Source: Candidatus Parvarchaeota archaeon (GTDB taxonomy: Archaea; Nanobdellota; Nanobdellia; JAFCGN01). Taken from it: DNA of 64,000 nt. Position 1 is the stretch's first letter; the number at the start of each line of letters is the position of its first letter. The notes under the pieces were generated by a model. That model had not been told where the DNA came from, made no database searches, and worked only from the letters and a program-made list of their open reading frames with translations. Shown here piece after piece: positions 51,901-61,521 of this stretch. The translations under genes and the position numbers were made by a program. The DNA is taken from positions 24,596-88,595 of the forward strand of contig JAFCGN010000002.1 of NCBI GenBank assembly GCA_017608045.1. The letters run 5' to 3'.

Positions 51901-52023
51901 TGATTGAAAACTTAATTCATTTGGTAATGTTAAATATGTTATTATTGTTGTAAGTGCTAATGCTATAAAAACCGTAGAAATAATGAAAAACTGAGATTTT
52001 TTGTTTTTTATCATATATACCAC
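48925..52023 (-). CDS. giant (1032 aa) Asn-rich secreted protein with a pilin-like class III signal peptide
   Basis: The N-terminus KNKKSQFFIISTVFIALALTTIITYL resembles the archaeal type IV pilin N-domain. The rest is Asn/Ser/Thr/Tyr-rich with dozens of N-x-S/T sequons. It overlaps the upstream pilus gene by 13 nt. Confidence 0.5.
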   Translation of the reverse strand: MVYMIKNKKSQFFIISTVFIALALTTIITYLTLPNELSFQSFNSEQSLISRTEALGNSIISVMNNIYDFWWSPISTNRIKIVLKEENNLQFNSFTQIAQIDFPDDVDEESIRVIEEQKELPFSLRWLDLRNKIAEICFQTSISKGEEKKIFVYFNKKTDENHIESPKYLSQISINENTTDIIINTNHYEAKINKSAGGMLYYLSPKNYHQNLITNGKEYSIQTIFQCNNTEYKQSSENKPTITIITSGPVMANIRVSGEHGIAPGREFYTQDFYFYPDIIKIKTNVRWAETINCQASENNFIFDRINLNGSTLLGGSLYYKDNNTNIWDTYDYVEDRPGDWIDYYHSKQGIGILLINKTGYFSYYRNSTSENKFSDLIIKNDTLFQPSSVEYEYILYPHREQWEKTRDYNFLNNKSKVLTNESFEEFFKDKEDFIKNSFSQKGFSTYLSIDTETVDQKYNYDTNWYRNDFTPNTRKVFKVYSKYQIQNFPLEVSGYFLKGIDANSLLISDESGRKITTQITTENIPSSTSEFNIFCQNPESIDYSNYTYYLFNYDGKNFTLGVDLEESANFNVSIFYPNKSAIIDNDVINTDKVYSIQSQNYKGFYKVVISGKNDNKYFKINSTLPYLVLYNKRIRCKSNDGVKKLYFHLPQNVKNIKINISSYDSNSRVKIKDLNGNIIAENNTIYANTMHSFNVPIKKYVNGKTYYLEFETSGSIEIVFDDTMYSSKSSSDEYYINYDKPKINLLFFDSLIGSKKYGIYYNTNDTEEEHSILTPLSFKSDLIINETNKIVNNTFFSWDLKNNIFLYKNSSNFFQSSDKWLTDFGNSSWKNFAASTTLNNITFIEKGPVRARIKATSNTNPKVIYYFDVYAYQKFIKVTAIPETTSENDLTIGPFWDLNNTELNIYTNYDNGVEVFSQENLTDKSSLAGKNYNWFGKRSNNILVSIISPSSSIFPSNKSFYANNNLLTIALPGNQNNSVYLFVDDYDNITQWENVKYFRNILINPPKINTLLFKATISGDSKNVKFKSEYY

Positions 52024-53099
52024 AAGTAAACTTTTATTTCAGCTTGATTTTCTTTTAAAGGAATAATTCTTGAAACACTGTATGTTGTTGTTGAGGGCAG
52101 TGATGCATATAATGGGAATGTTCCTTCTTTAACATTATTTTCTGCTAAAGTTAAATTAATATTTGTGTTGTTGCCTGATGTTATGTTTGAATAAGTATTG
52201 CTCTTTTTTGTATTTAATGAATATTGGAGAAGTAAATTCTTTTCTTCATTTGAATTTAAACTTGTTTTAAATAGAATATCTGCTCGCGAGCTTTTTTTGC
52301 TTGTTAATTTTAAAATTCTTACATAATTTTCATCTTTTTTATTGGTTAATTCCTGAATAAATCCTCTTTCTGTATTATTGAATGCTGTTGTGTTATCAGA
52401 ATAAAATAAATAAATTAATGCAGAATCTCCTGATTCAAGAAAAGGAATTTGAACTGTTATATTTGCACTAACATTATTCCAAAAACCATTTTTTGTTTCT
52501 AAATTATCTATGCTTAAAGGCACTTCTTTATTATCTATGAAAACAGCAAAACTCTCATTACTGAGTATGTTATTATCAAGAATTATAGGCAGATTTTTTA
52601 AAGTTATATTTTCTTTAACAAGATTACTGCTTCTATTATTTTCTATGGAAAAAACTATTTCATATGAATTCCATAAGACATTTCTTTCTATTGGTTTTAC
52701 GCCTTCACTTATAAAAATTGAGTTCTTATCTACACTTAATGGAAAATTATAAGTTAAGCTAAAATTACCTTCTTTGTTTTCATCACTCAAATTTTTTATT
52801 TTGAATTTAGTAGCATAAGTTATTTCAATTTTATGCGAACTTCTTACAGGAAGCAAATATGTTATTTCAGCATCAATACTTTTTAAATCATAGTTTTCAA
52901 GCAAAGTCTCTAAAATTCTGCTGTTATGCATTAAATTTATTATTGATGCTCCTTTGTAAATAGGATTTATTTTTAATTGCAAATTTTGCGTGTACACTTG
53001 GTTTGACATCCAATTCAATAATCCTAATAACAACATAGAAGATATGATTACTTCTAATAATCTCACGAATCCTTTTTTGTTCTTCATGATAGCCACCAC
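52011..53099 (-). CDS. pilin-like secreted protein (362 aa)
   Basis: The N-terminus MKNKKGFVRLLEVIISSMLLLGLLNW has a KKG|F prepilin-like site with Glu at +6, and the body is Asn-rich. Confidence 0.5.
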   Translation of the reverse strand: MVAIMKNKKGFVRLLEVIISSMLLLGLLNWMSNQVYTQNLQLKINPIYKGASIINLMHNSRILETLLENYDLKSIDAEITYLLPVRSSHKIEITYATKFKIKNLSDENKEGNFSLTYNFPLSVDKNSIFISEGVKPIERNVLWNSYEIVFSIENNRSSNLVKENITLKNLPIILDNNILSNESFAVFIDNKEVPLSIDNLETKNGFWNNVSANITVQIPFLESGDSALIYLFYSDNTTAFNNTERGFIQELTNKKDENYVRILKLTSKKSSRADILFKTSLNSNEEKNLLLQYSLNTKKSNTYSNITSGNNTNINLTLAENNVKEGTFPLYASLPSTTTYSVSRIIPLKENQAEIKVYLWYI

Positions 53100-53884
53100 G
53101 TTCTTTGAATTATTTCAACAATTGTATTGCTTCCGTTTATATTCATTAAAGCATTACCATATAATTCTTGCTTATAACCAGCACCTCCTGAAGTGCAGGA
53201 TCCATTAATGTTTACACCCCCAATAAAAACTTTATCATGATTAATTCCGTAGATTCCTCCAATAAAAATAAAAAAAGGACTTATTTCTGAATCTGTTTTT
53301 AAAATAAATTCATCTACATCTCCTGATTTCACATTGCTTTTAATTGTGATTACATCATTTTTAAAAGCATCTTTTTCTAATGAAGCAGAATCAAGTGATT
53401 CTACTGAAGAGTTTTCCATAAACACATTGGAGTAGTATGGAAAAATTAGTGTTATTGTTAAATTATATTCTGTGGAATTGCTTCCTGTTAGGATATCTAT
53501 GTTTTCATTTTTTCTTAAAATTCTTATTTCACCATCTGTTTTATTTGGAAGAGAGGATAATTCATCCCATGCTGGCAGTTTAATCCCTTTTATGCTATAT
53601 ACTACTTCTATGCCGTTTAAGTTGCTTGCATTTGCATTACATAGTTTATATAAGCCATCATAATCAAATATTTTTGGGATGCTGTTTTGATAAACTTTTA
53701 AAGCATTTCTTTCATGAATTGAAAAATCAATTGTGTTAGTGTAAGGTGTTAAAAGGCTTGTTACATATTTTATGATAAATGCTATGAATACAATAAACAC
53801 TATGTATGCAAGCAGCAAATCAAAATCCACTTGTGCTTTACCTGACTTGAAGTGTAATTTCTTGTATAATACTTTTTTTATCAT
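53084..53884 (-). CDS. secreted or membrane-anchored pilus-associated protein (266 aa)
   Basis: A single N-terminal transmembrane helix (LLLAYIVFIVFIAFIIKYV) in an operon with the pilus genes. Confidence 0.4.
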   Translation of the reverse strand: MIKKVLYKKLHFKSGKAQVDFDLLLAYIVFIVFIAFIIKYVTSLLTPYTNTIDFSIHERNALKVYQNSIPKIFDYDGLYKLCNANASNLNGIEVVYSIKGIKLPAWDELSSLPNKTDGEIRILRKNENIDILTGSNSTEYNLTITLIFPYYSNVFMENSSVESLDSASLEKDAFKNDVITIKSNVKSGDVDEFILKTDSEISPFFIFIGGIYGINHDKVFIGGVNINGSCTSGGAGYKQELYGNALMNINGSNTIVEIIQRTWWLS

Positions 53885-54947
53885 ATGCGATTATCACCAC
53901 AATATTATAATCTCCTATTTTTGAAGGTGCTTTTAAATCAACTTTAAAATCGCCTCTAGCATCTGTTATTGTTTGTATACTTTTATTCGCAAGAGTAATG
54001 TTAACAAGTGCTCCTTGTATGTTTGTGCCTTCTTTTTCAAAGTGTCCAATTAATTCAATGCTTTCTGAAGGATACGCAATGTTTTTTGACAAACTAACAT
54101 TTAATGAATAGTTTATTGGATATATAAAAATTAAATATGAAACTAAACCAATAATAAGCATTATTCCTGAATGCTTAACTCCTGCACTAAGCCTTCCTTC
54201 TTGAGTTTCTCCAGCAACAACTCCGTTTGCTACAGATTGAATTACTATTGTTAAAAAAAACAAAATTCTAAAATAATCTACTGATGGCAGATTTTCTCTG
54301 CTTAAAAATCCGGATATTCCGCTTTCACCATATTCTGTTGTCACTAATGGAATTAAAACAGTGAAAAGACCTATGAGAATGGCAATAAAAACAAACTGAA
54401 CAATATACATAACTGTTGTTTGTTGGGACATAATTGATGTTCTGTCTTTTTCAATATTAATTATTTGATTTGTGCTGTCAGCAACAGATGCCATTATTTC
54501 TGCAATATTTCCTCCAAAATAATATGCTTCCATAATTATTGATAACCCTCTTTGTATATGACTTGATTCTTTTGTTTCTTTTTTGAAAACCTTTATTGCG
54601 TCAGGAAGTGGAATGCCCCAACTCAAAAGATTATGAAATTTTTTTATATAAGGGGTTAATTCTCCAAAATCTGTTTTAGCAGCATTTTCTATTGCTTTTG
54701 GCAAAGTCATGCCTGCTTTCACACTTTCCGCTAAATTTCTCAAAAATTCAGGGAATTGCAGTTCAAGTGCTCTGATTTTTCTGGAATTAATATAATCTAT
54801 AATGAGATAAGGGAATGTTGCAATTATTAATCCAAAAACTATGCTGTAAAGAAGTCCGGATAAACTGAATCTTGAAACAACAGAGCCTAAAACAAAAATA
54901 AGGATTCCTACTGCAATTGAAACCATTAACACTTTTTTCTTTTTCAT
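53838..54947 (-). CDS. type II secretion system F-domain membrane protein (TadC/FlaJ-like, C-terminal half) with an extra C-terminal beta-rich domain
   Basis: A T2SSF-type helix bundle (LELQFPEFLRNLAESVKAGMTLPKAIENAAK) plus transmembrane helices. The C-terminal 120 aa has a carboxypeptidase-regulatory-like motif (TDARGDFKV...GDYNIVV). Confidence 0.6.
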   Translation of the reverse strand: MKKKKVLMVSIAVGILIFVLGSVVSRFSLSGLLYSIVFGLIIATFPYLIIDYINSRKIRALELQFPEFLRNLAESVKAGMTLPKAIENAAKTDFGELTPYIKKFHNLLSWGIPLPDAIKVFKKETKESSHIQRGLSIIMEAYYFGGNIAEIMASVADSTNQIINIEKDRTSIMSQQTTVMYIVQFVFIAILIGLFTVLIPLVTTEYGESGISGFLSRENLPSVDYFRILFFLTIVIQSVANGVVAGETQEGRLSAGVKHSGIMLIIGLVSYLIFIYPINYSLNVSLSKNIAYPSESIELIGHFEKEGTNIQGALVNITLANKSIQTITDARGDFKVDLKAPSKIGDYNIVVIIAYDKKSIIQEITLQVR

Positions 54948-54956
54948 ATTTTTCCC

Positions 54957-55823
54957 CTATGTTTCTGTAGGACTTATTGTTTTAAGCAAGAGCACAAACA
55001 CGCCTGATATGAACGGAAGTCCTATTGTTACAATTATCATTTGCACTAATTGTAATTGTTTGATATAACCTCCAAGCAAGCTCATAATTGTTGTGAGAAC
55101 TAAAGTAAATACAGTTCCAACCATGATGAGTGTTATATAAATTTCTAAATAAAGCGAAATGCTTCTCGTAAATTCTTCTAAAATCCTTCTATAATCATTT
55201 AACAAGCTTTTTGATTTTTCTTTTAAATAAACTGTTAAATCCCCACCACTTACAATAATCCCTCTCATACCCCATAATAGTTCATTTAATTTTTTTGAAG
55301 GACTTGTTTGAACAACTTTTTCAATAGCCTCATTTACGTTCATTCCAAAAATTTCAATATCTCTTGTTATTCTTTTGCTGATTTTTGCTATTTCTCCGAA
55401 TTCACTAAAATTTCCAATTACAGCAAATATTTTTTGCGGAGGCAAACCACTGCTGCTTATAGTTGACATGTAATTTGCAGCAAAATACAAATTATTTTCA
55501 ATCTTTTTTTTTCTTGTATCTTCTAATTGAGATGGATAAATTATGAAAACAACAATAGTTATTAAGGAAATAAATAAAGATAGAATAAAACCACCTATAA
55601 TTGCAATTCCAATACTTCTAATTACAAAGAAAAAAATAAAACCTCCAATACAAAAAACGCTTATGGATAAAATGATTGTTGTGAGGACAAGCATTGAGAA
55701 GTACTCCTCTATTGTATAATTAAGGTCTGCTTGTTTTAAGTCATCTTTTAAATCTTCTATAAGGTATGCATACTTATTTGAAAATTTTTTTAGCATTCTA
55801 TAACTTATTTCTGCATAACTCAT
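54957..55823 (-). CDS. type II secretion system F-domain membrane protein (TadB/FlaJ-like, N-terminal half)
   Basis: A second T2SSF domain gene adjacent to the first. Together they correspond to the two halves of FlaJ/TadBC. Confidence 0.6.
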   Translation of the reverse strand: MSYAEISYRMLKKFSNKYAYLIEDLKDDLKQADLNYTIEEYFSMLVLTTIILSISVFCIGGFIFFFVIRSIGIAIIGGFILSLFISLITIVVFIIYPSQLEDTRKKKIENNLYFAANYMSTISSSGLPPQKIFAVIGNFSEFGEIAKISKRITRDIEIFGMNVNEAIEKVVQTSPSKKLNELLWGMRGIIVSGGDLTVYLKEKSKSLLNDYRRILEEFTRSISLYLEIYITLIMVGTVFTLVLTTIMSLLGGYIKQLQLVQMIIVTIGLPFISGVFVLLLKTISPTET

Positions 55824-55840
55824 TTTTTCACCTAAAATAA

Positions 55841-57574
55841 TTATATTTGACTCATAACAAGTTCTGGGTTAATATAATATGCTGATATGTATTTACTCAC
55901 TTCCCTGTAATCATTTATATTATTATTTTTTAACCAATTAAGAAGCCTTATTCTGTTGTGCATATCTTGTTTTATTTGGTCTTCACTATAAGACATTTTG
56001 ATTCTTATTTTTTCAAGAAGAACAGATTTTTTTGATATGTACTTGTCTGTAGATGGATCCCAAACAAAAGCAATATTTGTTTTCAATTTTTGAGTTTTGT
56101 AATCATAACCCACAATTTCTAACACTTCTGCAACTCGTCTAACATAACTTCCTTCTCTTCTTATTAATTCAAGAAAAACAATTATGTCAAGGTTGTCAAT
56201 CATAGCTTTAGGAAGATTTATTGGTTTTGTTATAAGCCTGTCAATAACAGCTTCTATGCTGTCTGCATGAAGAGTTCCTAAACCAGAATGGCCTGTTGCC
56301 ATGCCTTGAAAAAGAACGTATGCTTCTTCGCCACGCACTTCACCTACAATTATGTAGTCAGGCCTTTGTCTTAATGAGCTTTTAAGAAGATTGAACATGC
56401 TTACTTGTCCGTATTCCTGTCTTCCGTATCCTCCTCTTGCTACAACAGGAACCCAATTTGGATGAGGAAGTCTTAATTCTGGTGTGTCTTCAATACTAAT
56501 TATCTTAAATTCTGGTTTAATAAATAAGCTTAATGCATTAAGAAATGTTGTCTTACCTGTTGCTGTTCCCCCACTTACTAGTATTGATAGTCTATTTTCT
56601 AATGCCATCCATAAATATGCAAACATTTCTGAAGAACCAGTGTTATAATTCAGTAAATCTGTTGGAGTCATTGGTTTTCTTGTAAATTTACGAATTGTAA
56701 AATTGCTTCCTCTTCTTGCTATGTCTGTGCCGAGTGTTGCTTGAACACGAGACCCATCTGGAAGGGATCCTTCTAACAAAGGATTTGCAATTGTTAATGA
56801 TTTTCCTGCTTTTTGAGAAAGTCTTAATACAAAAGAATCAAGCTCTTCCTTGCTTCTGAAAATAATGTTTGTTCTCATTTGTCCATACAAAGGGTTTCTA
56901 TGGTAAACAAAAATAGGGATATTTACACCATCACAACTTATATCCTCTATGTTATCATCGTGCATTAAAGGTTCTATTTTGCCTAAACCCATAAAATCCC
57001 TATAAATATAGTATTGCATTCTAATTTTTTGATCTTCTGTTAATTTATACCCTAATTCATCCATGATTTGATAAAATTTTTCAATTAAAAACTTAAACGC
57101 TTTTTCAAGTCTTATTTTGCTAAAATCAATATTCAATTTTTCTTGAAGCAAGTTTTTGCTTTCTTTTAAAATTTGTTCTTCATATTTGCTTAATGCAGGT
57201 TCCTTTAAGTTATATCTTAAAGAAGAAATGTTTGGGTCCCATATTATGTTTGCGTATACAAGTGTTTGTTGTGTGCCTTTGTATTCAATAGTAACAAGGG
57301 GGATTATTTCATTAATATTTTCCAATTGTTTTAGCTTTTCAGGAGTTAAAATTGTGGGTGTAAATTTTTTTTCTTCAACCCCAATATTTATTGTTTTAAA
57401 ATCTGTTTCTTCTGTTACGCCGCCTTCTTTTTTCTTTTTTTCGTTTATTTCTTCTTTTAATATTTTTTTTGGTTCTTTTATAATTTCTTTAGGTTCTTTT
57501 ATTTCTTCTTCTAAATACTTTCTTTTTTTAGCAAGAGCTAATTTTTTACCAACATTTCTTAATTTGAAACCCAT
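55841..57574 (-). CDS. type II/IV secretion system ATPase (FlaI/TadA/VirB11 family)
   Basis: Walker A VSGGTATGKTTFLNAL, Asp and His boxes; the Lys/Glu-rich N-terminus has an EIKEPKEIIKEPK repeat; 577 aa. Confidence 0.85.
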   Translation of the reverse strand: MGFKLRNVGKKLALAKKRKYLEEEIKEPKEIIKEPKKILKEEINEKKKKEGGVTEETDFKTINIGVEEKKFTPTILTPEKLKQLENINEIIPLVTIEYKGTQQTLVYANIIWDPNISSLRYNLKEPALSKYEEQILKESKNLLQEKLNIDFSKIRLEKAFKFLIEKFYQIMDELGYKLTEDQKIRMQYYIYRDFMGLGKIEPLMHDDNIEDISCDGVNIPIFVYHRNPLYGQMRTNIIFRSKEELDSFVLRLSQKAGKSLTIANPLLEGSLPDGSRVQATLGTDIARRGSNFTIRKFTRKPMTPTDLLNYNTGSSEMFAYLWMALENRLSILVSGGTATGKTTFLNALSLFIKPEFKIISIEDTPELRLPHPNWVPVVARGGYGRQEYGQVSMFNLLKSSLRQRPDYIIVGEVRGEEAYVLFQGMATGHSGLGTLHADSIEAVIDRLITKPINLPKAMIDNLDIIVFLELIRREGSYVRRVAEVLEIVGYDYKTQKLKTNIAFVWDPSTDKYISKKSVLLEKIRIKMSYSEDQIKQDMHNRIRLLNWLKNNNINDYREVSKYISAYYINPELVMSQI

Positions 57575-57581
57575 AATTTAA

Positions 57582-58517
57582 TTATACAATCCTAACATTT
57601 ATATTATATTCGTTGGTGCTTAAGGTTCCTTGTGGTTTTTCAATTAAAGAAAGATAGATATTGTGATCTCCTGGACCTACAAAGCATTCTTTATCGCAAT
57701 TAAGTATTATTTGATGAGTATTGCCAGTATTTGGGTCTTTTAAAGGCCTGTAAACAAGTTTAAATTGGACAAAATATCTTTTATTGCTTAACGTAGCTTT
57801 TCCAATAATTATTCCTTCTGGGTCATCAGTTCCTAATTCTCCTGTTTTTAACATTTCTCTGCCAAGAATATTAACTCTTTTTCCGCTTTCATTTACATAA
57901 AATATTTTGAATGTTGTATTCCCTAAAATTATGGGTTCGTCAACATACCCGCAACTTTGATCACAATCAAAATTATTCATATCTTTTGTTAAACAAACAT
58001 AATCATAATAAGGTGTTTTTTCACCATTAAAAACAAGCACATTATATTCTTCTGTTTCCCCAGAGTTATATGTTAAATTAACTTCTCCTTTGTAAATATT
58101 TGTTTGTTTGCATTGCTTATATCCTGTTGACATAGCATTTAATGTATCAACAACATATTTTTCATTCGTATAAGGTCCTTCTACAAAATTAATTGGGCCC
58201 CAATCATATGTTGTTACTAATGGCACTGTTGTTATTGTTTTATAAACGAGCTCGCCATCATCATTTACTGATAAAGACTCTTCATCTTCTAAACTGATTT
58301 TTAAAGTGTTTGGAGAGCCAGTGTCTGCAACATCTTTTATTGCTTTATCAATTTCACTTAGTTTGTTTATTCTTGATTCAATTTTTGCATTATCACTTAC
58401 TTTTTGTATAAGTGGTTTTCCCCACACGTATGTAACACTTATTACAGACAAAAGAAGTCCTGTTATTAAAACAGTGCTGATTATTTGTGTTTGCGACTTA
58501 TTATTAATCATTCTCAA
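57582..58517 (-). CDS. pilin-like protein (311 aa) with a class III signal peptide
   Basis: MRMINNKSQTQIISTVLITGLLLSVISVTYVWG matches the archaeal pilin N-terminal domain pattern (charged, then hydrophobic, ending ...Y.W). Confidence 0.55.
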   Translation of the reverse strand: MRMINNKSQTQIISTVLITGLLLSVISVTYVWGKPLIQKVSDNAKIESRINKLSEIDKAIKDVADTGSPNTLKISLEDEESLSVNDDGELVYKTITTVPLVTTYDWGPINFVEGPYTNEKYVVDTLNAMSTGYKQCKQTNIYKGEVNLTYNSGETEEYNVLVFNGEKTPYYDYVCLTKDMNNFDCDQSCGYVDEPIILGNTTFKIFYVNESGKRVNILGREMLKTGELGTDDPEGIIIGKATLSNKRYFVQFKLVYRPLKDPNTGNTHQIILNCDKECFVGPGDHNIYLSLIEKPQGTLSTNEYNINVRIV

Positions 58518-58649
58518 TTTAAAATAAATCTTTCACAGAGTTATAAGGATTTCTAATAATAAGTTTTTGACATCTTATTAAATATTCTGTTATATATATC
58601 TTTTATATTTTAAGAAAATAAATAATAATTAAATAAAGAAAAATTAAGT

Positions 58650-59123
58650 TTAAGAACTGTCTGTAACACATCCTTTTTCTTTTGTTGTTCCGCCAATTGA
58701 AAGTTTTACGGTCCATTCAGATGATGCAGACATTGTAAATCCATATCCAATGATTTCCATTGTTTTTTGTTTTTCAAGTGTTGTGGAATCTACTTGCACG
58801 CTTTGATTTGTCACACCTGTTGTGCTGTTTAATAAGAAAATTCTTGTATCTGCATTTTCAAAAGCAGTTTTTCCTGAATTGTATACTATTACTCTTATTG
58901 AACTATTAGTTGGGTCAGTTGAATTGTAATCGCACACAGTATCAAGTATTTCAAATTCTTGGCTTTCAAGAACTTGTCCAATGAAATTTTCTGTATCAGT
59001 TTGTATACTACTCTGGACTCCAACAATCCAAAAATATGCTGCACCTGCTGCTGCAACTGTCATCATCATAAGAAGAACAACAGCTATGACAGGTGTAATA
59101 CCTTTTTTGTTAATATTTTTCAT
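58650..59123 (-). CDS. archaeal type IV pilin (157 aa)
   Basis: MKNINKKGITPVIAVVLLMMMTVAAAGAAYFW is a canonical class III signal peptide (KKG|I) with the archaeal pilin N-domain. Confidence 0.7.
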   Translation of the reverse strand: MKNINKKGITPVIAVVLLMMMTVAAAGAAYFWIVGVQSSIQTDTENFIGQVLESQEFEILDTVCDYNSTDPTNSSIRVIVYNSGKTAFENADTRIFLLNSTTGVTNQSVQVDSTTLEKQKTMEIIGYGFTMSASSEWTVKLSIGGTTKEKGCVTDSS

Positions 59124-59130
59124 TTATTTT

Positions 59131-59382
59131 TCACCTTTCCAATAATTTTCTGATTTCTTGCAATTCTACTATAATAACTAATAATGCAATTAAAGACATC
59201 CATATCATTATAGACTCTACTGTTGTCCATGGGTTATACACTCCTATTTCTGCTGTATTTTGGCTAAATAATTGTGCGTTGTAAAACATAAAAAATCCGC
59301 CAAAAGTTATTAGTAAAAGCACTGCTAAACTTACTTTTTGGTTGAAGTTTGGTTTATTAAATTCTTTTTTCAAAAAAGCCAC
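59131..59382 (-). CDS. small membrane protein, possible minor pilin
   Basis: An 83-aa product with a hydrophobic segment (VSLAVLLLITFGGFFMFY) after a basic N-terminus. Confidence 0.35.
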   Translation of the reverse strand: MAFLKKEFNKPNFNQKVSLAVLLLITFGGFFMFYNAQLFSQNTAEIGVYNPWTTVESIMIWMSLIALLVIIVELQEIRKLLER

Positions 59383-59450
59383 CTTTTATTGTGTATGTTC
59401 CTTATAAGCATTTAGTGATTTAAATAATTTCTGAGTAATGTTATTTTTTT

Positions 59451-59813
59451 TTATTTTAGTGCTTTTGTGAGCATCTCGCGAGTGTATTCTCTTGTAATGT
59501 GTTTGTCTATTGTTTGCAAAGCTGTAAGAAGTTCATCTTGCTTTGATACTAATGTTTCCATTGTTTCTTTTAAAGGAGTAATATAATCTACTTTTTCTTC
59601 CTCTTCTTGTCCTGCTTCTTCAAGAAGATCAATCATTTTTTTCAAGCTTTCTATTAAATCAATTTGTTTTATCATTAACTCAGTGATTTTGGACTGAAGA
59701 GTTAAATTTATGCTTATCATTTTTTCCATTTGTTCATTTACATTTTCTATTTGAGAATCTAATCTTCTAATATTTTGTTCTAAATCTCCTAAATCTATAC
59801 TGCTTTTTGCCAT
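59451..59813 (-). CDS. coiled-coil protein, hypothetical
   Basis: A 120-aa ORF with heptad-rich sequence. Confidence 0.35.
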   Translation of the reverse strand: MAKSSIDLGDLEQNIRRLDSQIENVNEQMEKMISINLTLQSKITELMIKQIDLIESLKKMIDLLEEAGQEEEEKVDYITPLKETMETLVSKQDELLTALQTIDKHITREYTREMLTKALK

Positions 59814-59901
59814 AATTCATTATAAAGACATAAAGATTTATAATAATTCCTAATTTTCAGAAAAATTACAAAAAATTTTAAAAAAAATATAAAAAATATT
59901 T

Positions 59902-61521
59902 TTAATACATTCCTTGTGGTGGCATTTGTGGATTCATTGGTTGGCTTTCTCTTTTGCTTGAAATAACATCGTCTATTCTAAGTATCATTATTGCAACCTC
60001 TGTTGCACTGGTTATTGCTTGTTGTTTAACTTTTAAAGGTTCAAGAACTCCTTCTTCCCACATGTCTATTGTTTTTCCTTTATTAACTTCTATTCCTTCC
60101 CATTTTTTACCATTTTCATGTTTTGATTTTAATTCAACAATGGTGTTTAATGGGTCTATGCCAGCATTTTCTGCAAGAGTTCTTGGAATTATTTCTAATG
60201 CTTTTGAAAATGCTTTTACTGCTAATTGTTCTCTTCCACTTATGCTTTCAGCATAATTATCAAGTTCTTTTGCTAATTCCATTTCAGGCGCCCCACCGCC
60301 TGCAACGACCATTCCGCTTTCAATTACTGCACTTAAGTCTCCTAATGCATCTTTTACTGCTCTTTCCACTTCATCAATTACATGTTCTGTGCTGCCTCTT
60401 ATTAGGATTGTTACTGCTTTTGGATTTTTGCAATCACTTATAAAAATCATTGATTCGCCTGCAATTTTCTTTTCTTCAACAAGACCTGCATTTCCTAAGT
60501 CTTTAGAAGTTGCTTCTTTTAAATTGCTGATTATTTTTGCTCCTGTTGCTTTGCTTAATTGTTCCATATCACTCTTCTTTACTCTTCTTGCAGCAAATAT
60601 TCCATATTTTGCTAAATAATGTTGCACTATGTCATCAATTCCTTTTTGACAAAATACAACTGTTGCACCTAATTCCTTTATGTTCTCTGCCATTTCTTTA
60701 AGCATTGCTTCTTCTTGTTGTATAAAATTTTTTAATTGCTCAGGACTGTTAATTCTTATTTGTGCATCGTTTTCTGTTTCCTTTACTTCTAATGCAGAGT
60801 CTAATAAGAGTATTTTTGCTGAAGGAACAGTGCTTGGCATGTTTGAATGAACTTTTTCTTTATCTATTACAACACCATGCACAAGTTCGCTGTCGTCTAT
60901 GCTACCTCCCGTTCTTTTTTCTACCTTAACATTATTTAAATCAATTACTATTTTGTCTTCTTTTTCTTCACTTACTTGTTGGATTGCTTTAACAATTAAT
61001 TCAGCGAGATGATGTCTTGATGCTTCAGCACTTTTACCTGTCATCGCTGTGATTGCTATTTTTTCAAGAATTTCTTTTTCATTTATGTTTATTTTTTCTC
61101 CTATTTTTTCAAGAACTTCTTTTGCCTTTATTCCTGCTAATCTAAATCCTCTTGTGAGAACGCTTGGATGTATATTTTGGTCTAACAATTCTTCTGCTTG
61201 TTTAAGTAATTCTCCAGCAATTACTACTGCGGTTGTTGTGCCATCTCCAATTTCTTCTTCTTGTGTTTTTGCTACTTCAACCATCATTTTTGCTGCTGGA
61301 TGTTCGATTTCCATTTCTTCAAGAATTGTAACACCATCATTAGTTATTACTACATCTCCCATAGAATCCACTAACATTTTGTCCATGCCTTTTGGTCCAA
61401 GTGTTGTTCTTATTGTTTCTGCTATTGCTCTTGCTGCAGCAATATTGGATTTTTGTGCATCTTTACCTTGTGTTCTTAAAGCACTTTCAGGTAAGATAAA
61501 AATAGGTTGTTGATTATTCAT
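59902..61521 (-). CDS. ths: thermosome subunit (group II chaperonin)
   Basis: [26 protein letters not shown], the ATP-binding GDGTTT motif and VAGGGAPE; the start is taken as [10 protein letters not shown]. Confidence 0.9.
   Translation of the reverse strand: MNNQQPIFILPESALRTQGKDAQKSNIAAARAIAETIRTTLGPKGMDKMLVDSMGDVVITNDGVTILEEMEIEHPAAKMMVEVAKTQEEEIGDGTTTAVVIAGELLKQAEELLDQNIHPSVLTRGFRLAGIKAKEVLEKIGEKININEKEILEKIAITAMTGKSAEASRHHLAELIVKAIQQVSEEKEDKIVIDLNNVKVEKRTGGSIDDSELVHGVVIDKEKVHSNMPSTVPSAKILLLDSALEVKETENDAQIRINSPEQLKNFIQQEEAMLKEMAENIKELGATVVFCQKGIDDIVQHYLAKYGIFAARRVKKSDMEQLSKATGAKIISNLKEATSKDLGNAGLVEEKKIAGESMIFISDCKNPKAVTILIRGSTEHVIDEVERAVKDALGDLSAVIESGMVVAGGGAPEMELAKELDNYAESISGREQLAVKAFSKALEIIPRTLAENAGIDPLNTIVELKSKHENGKKWEGIEVNKGKTIDMWEEGVLEPLKVKQQAITSATEVAIMILRIDDVISSKRESQPMNPQMPPQGMY

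Noticed and set aside
57156-57581. 141-aa plus-strand ORF
   Set aside because: It is antisense to the well-supported secretion ATPase gene and its translation is low-complexity.
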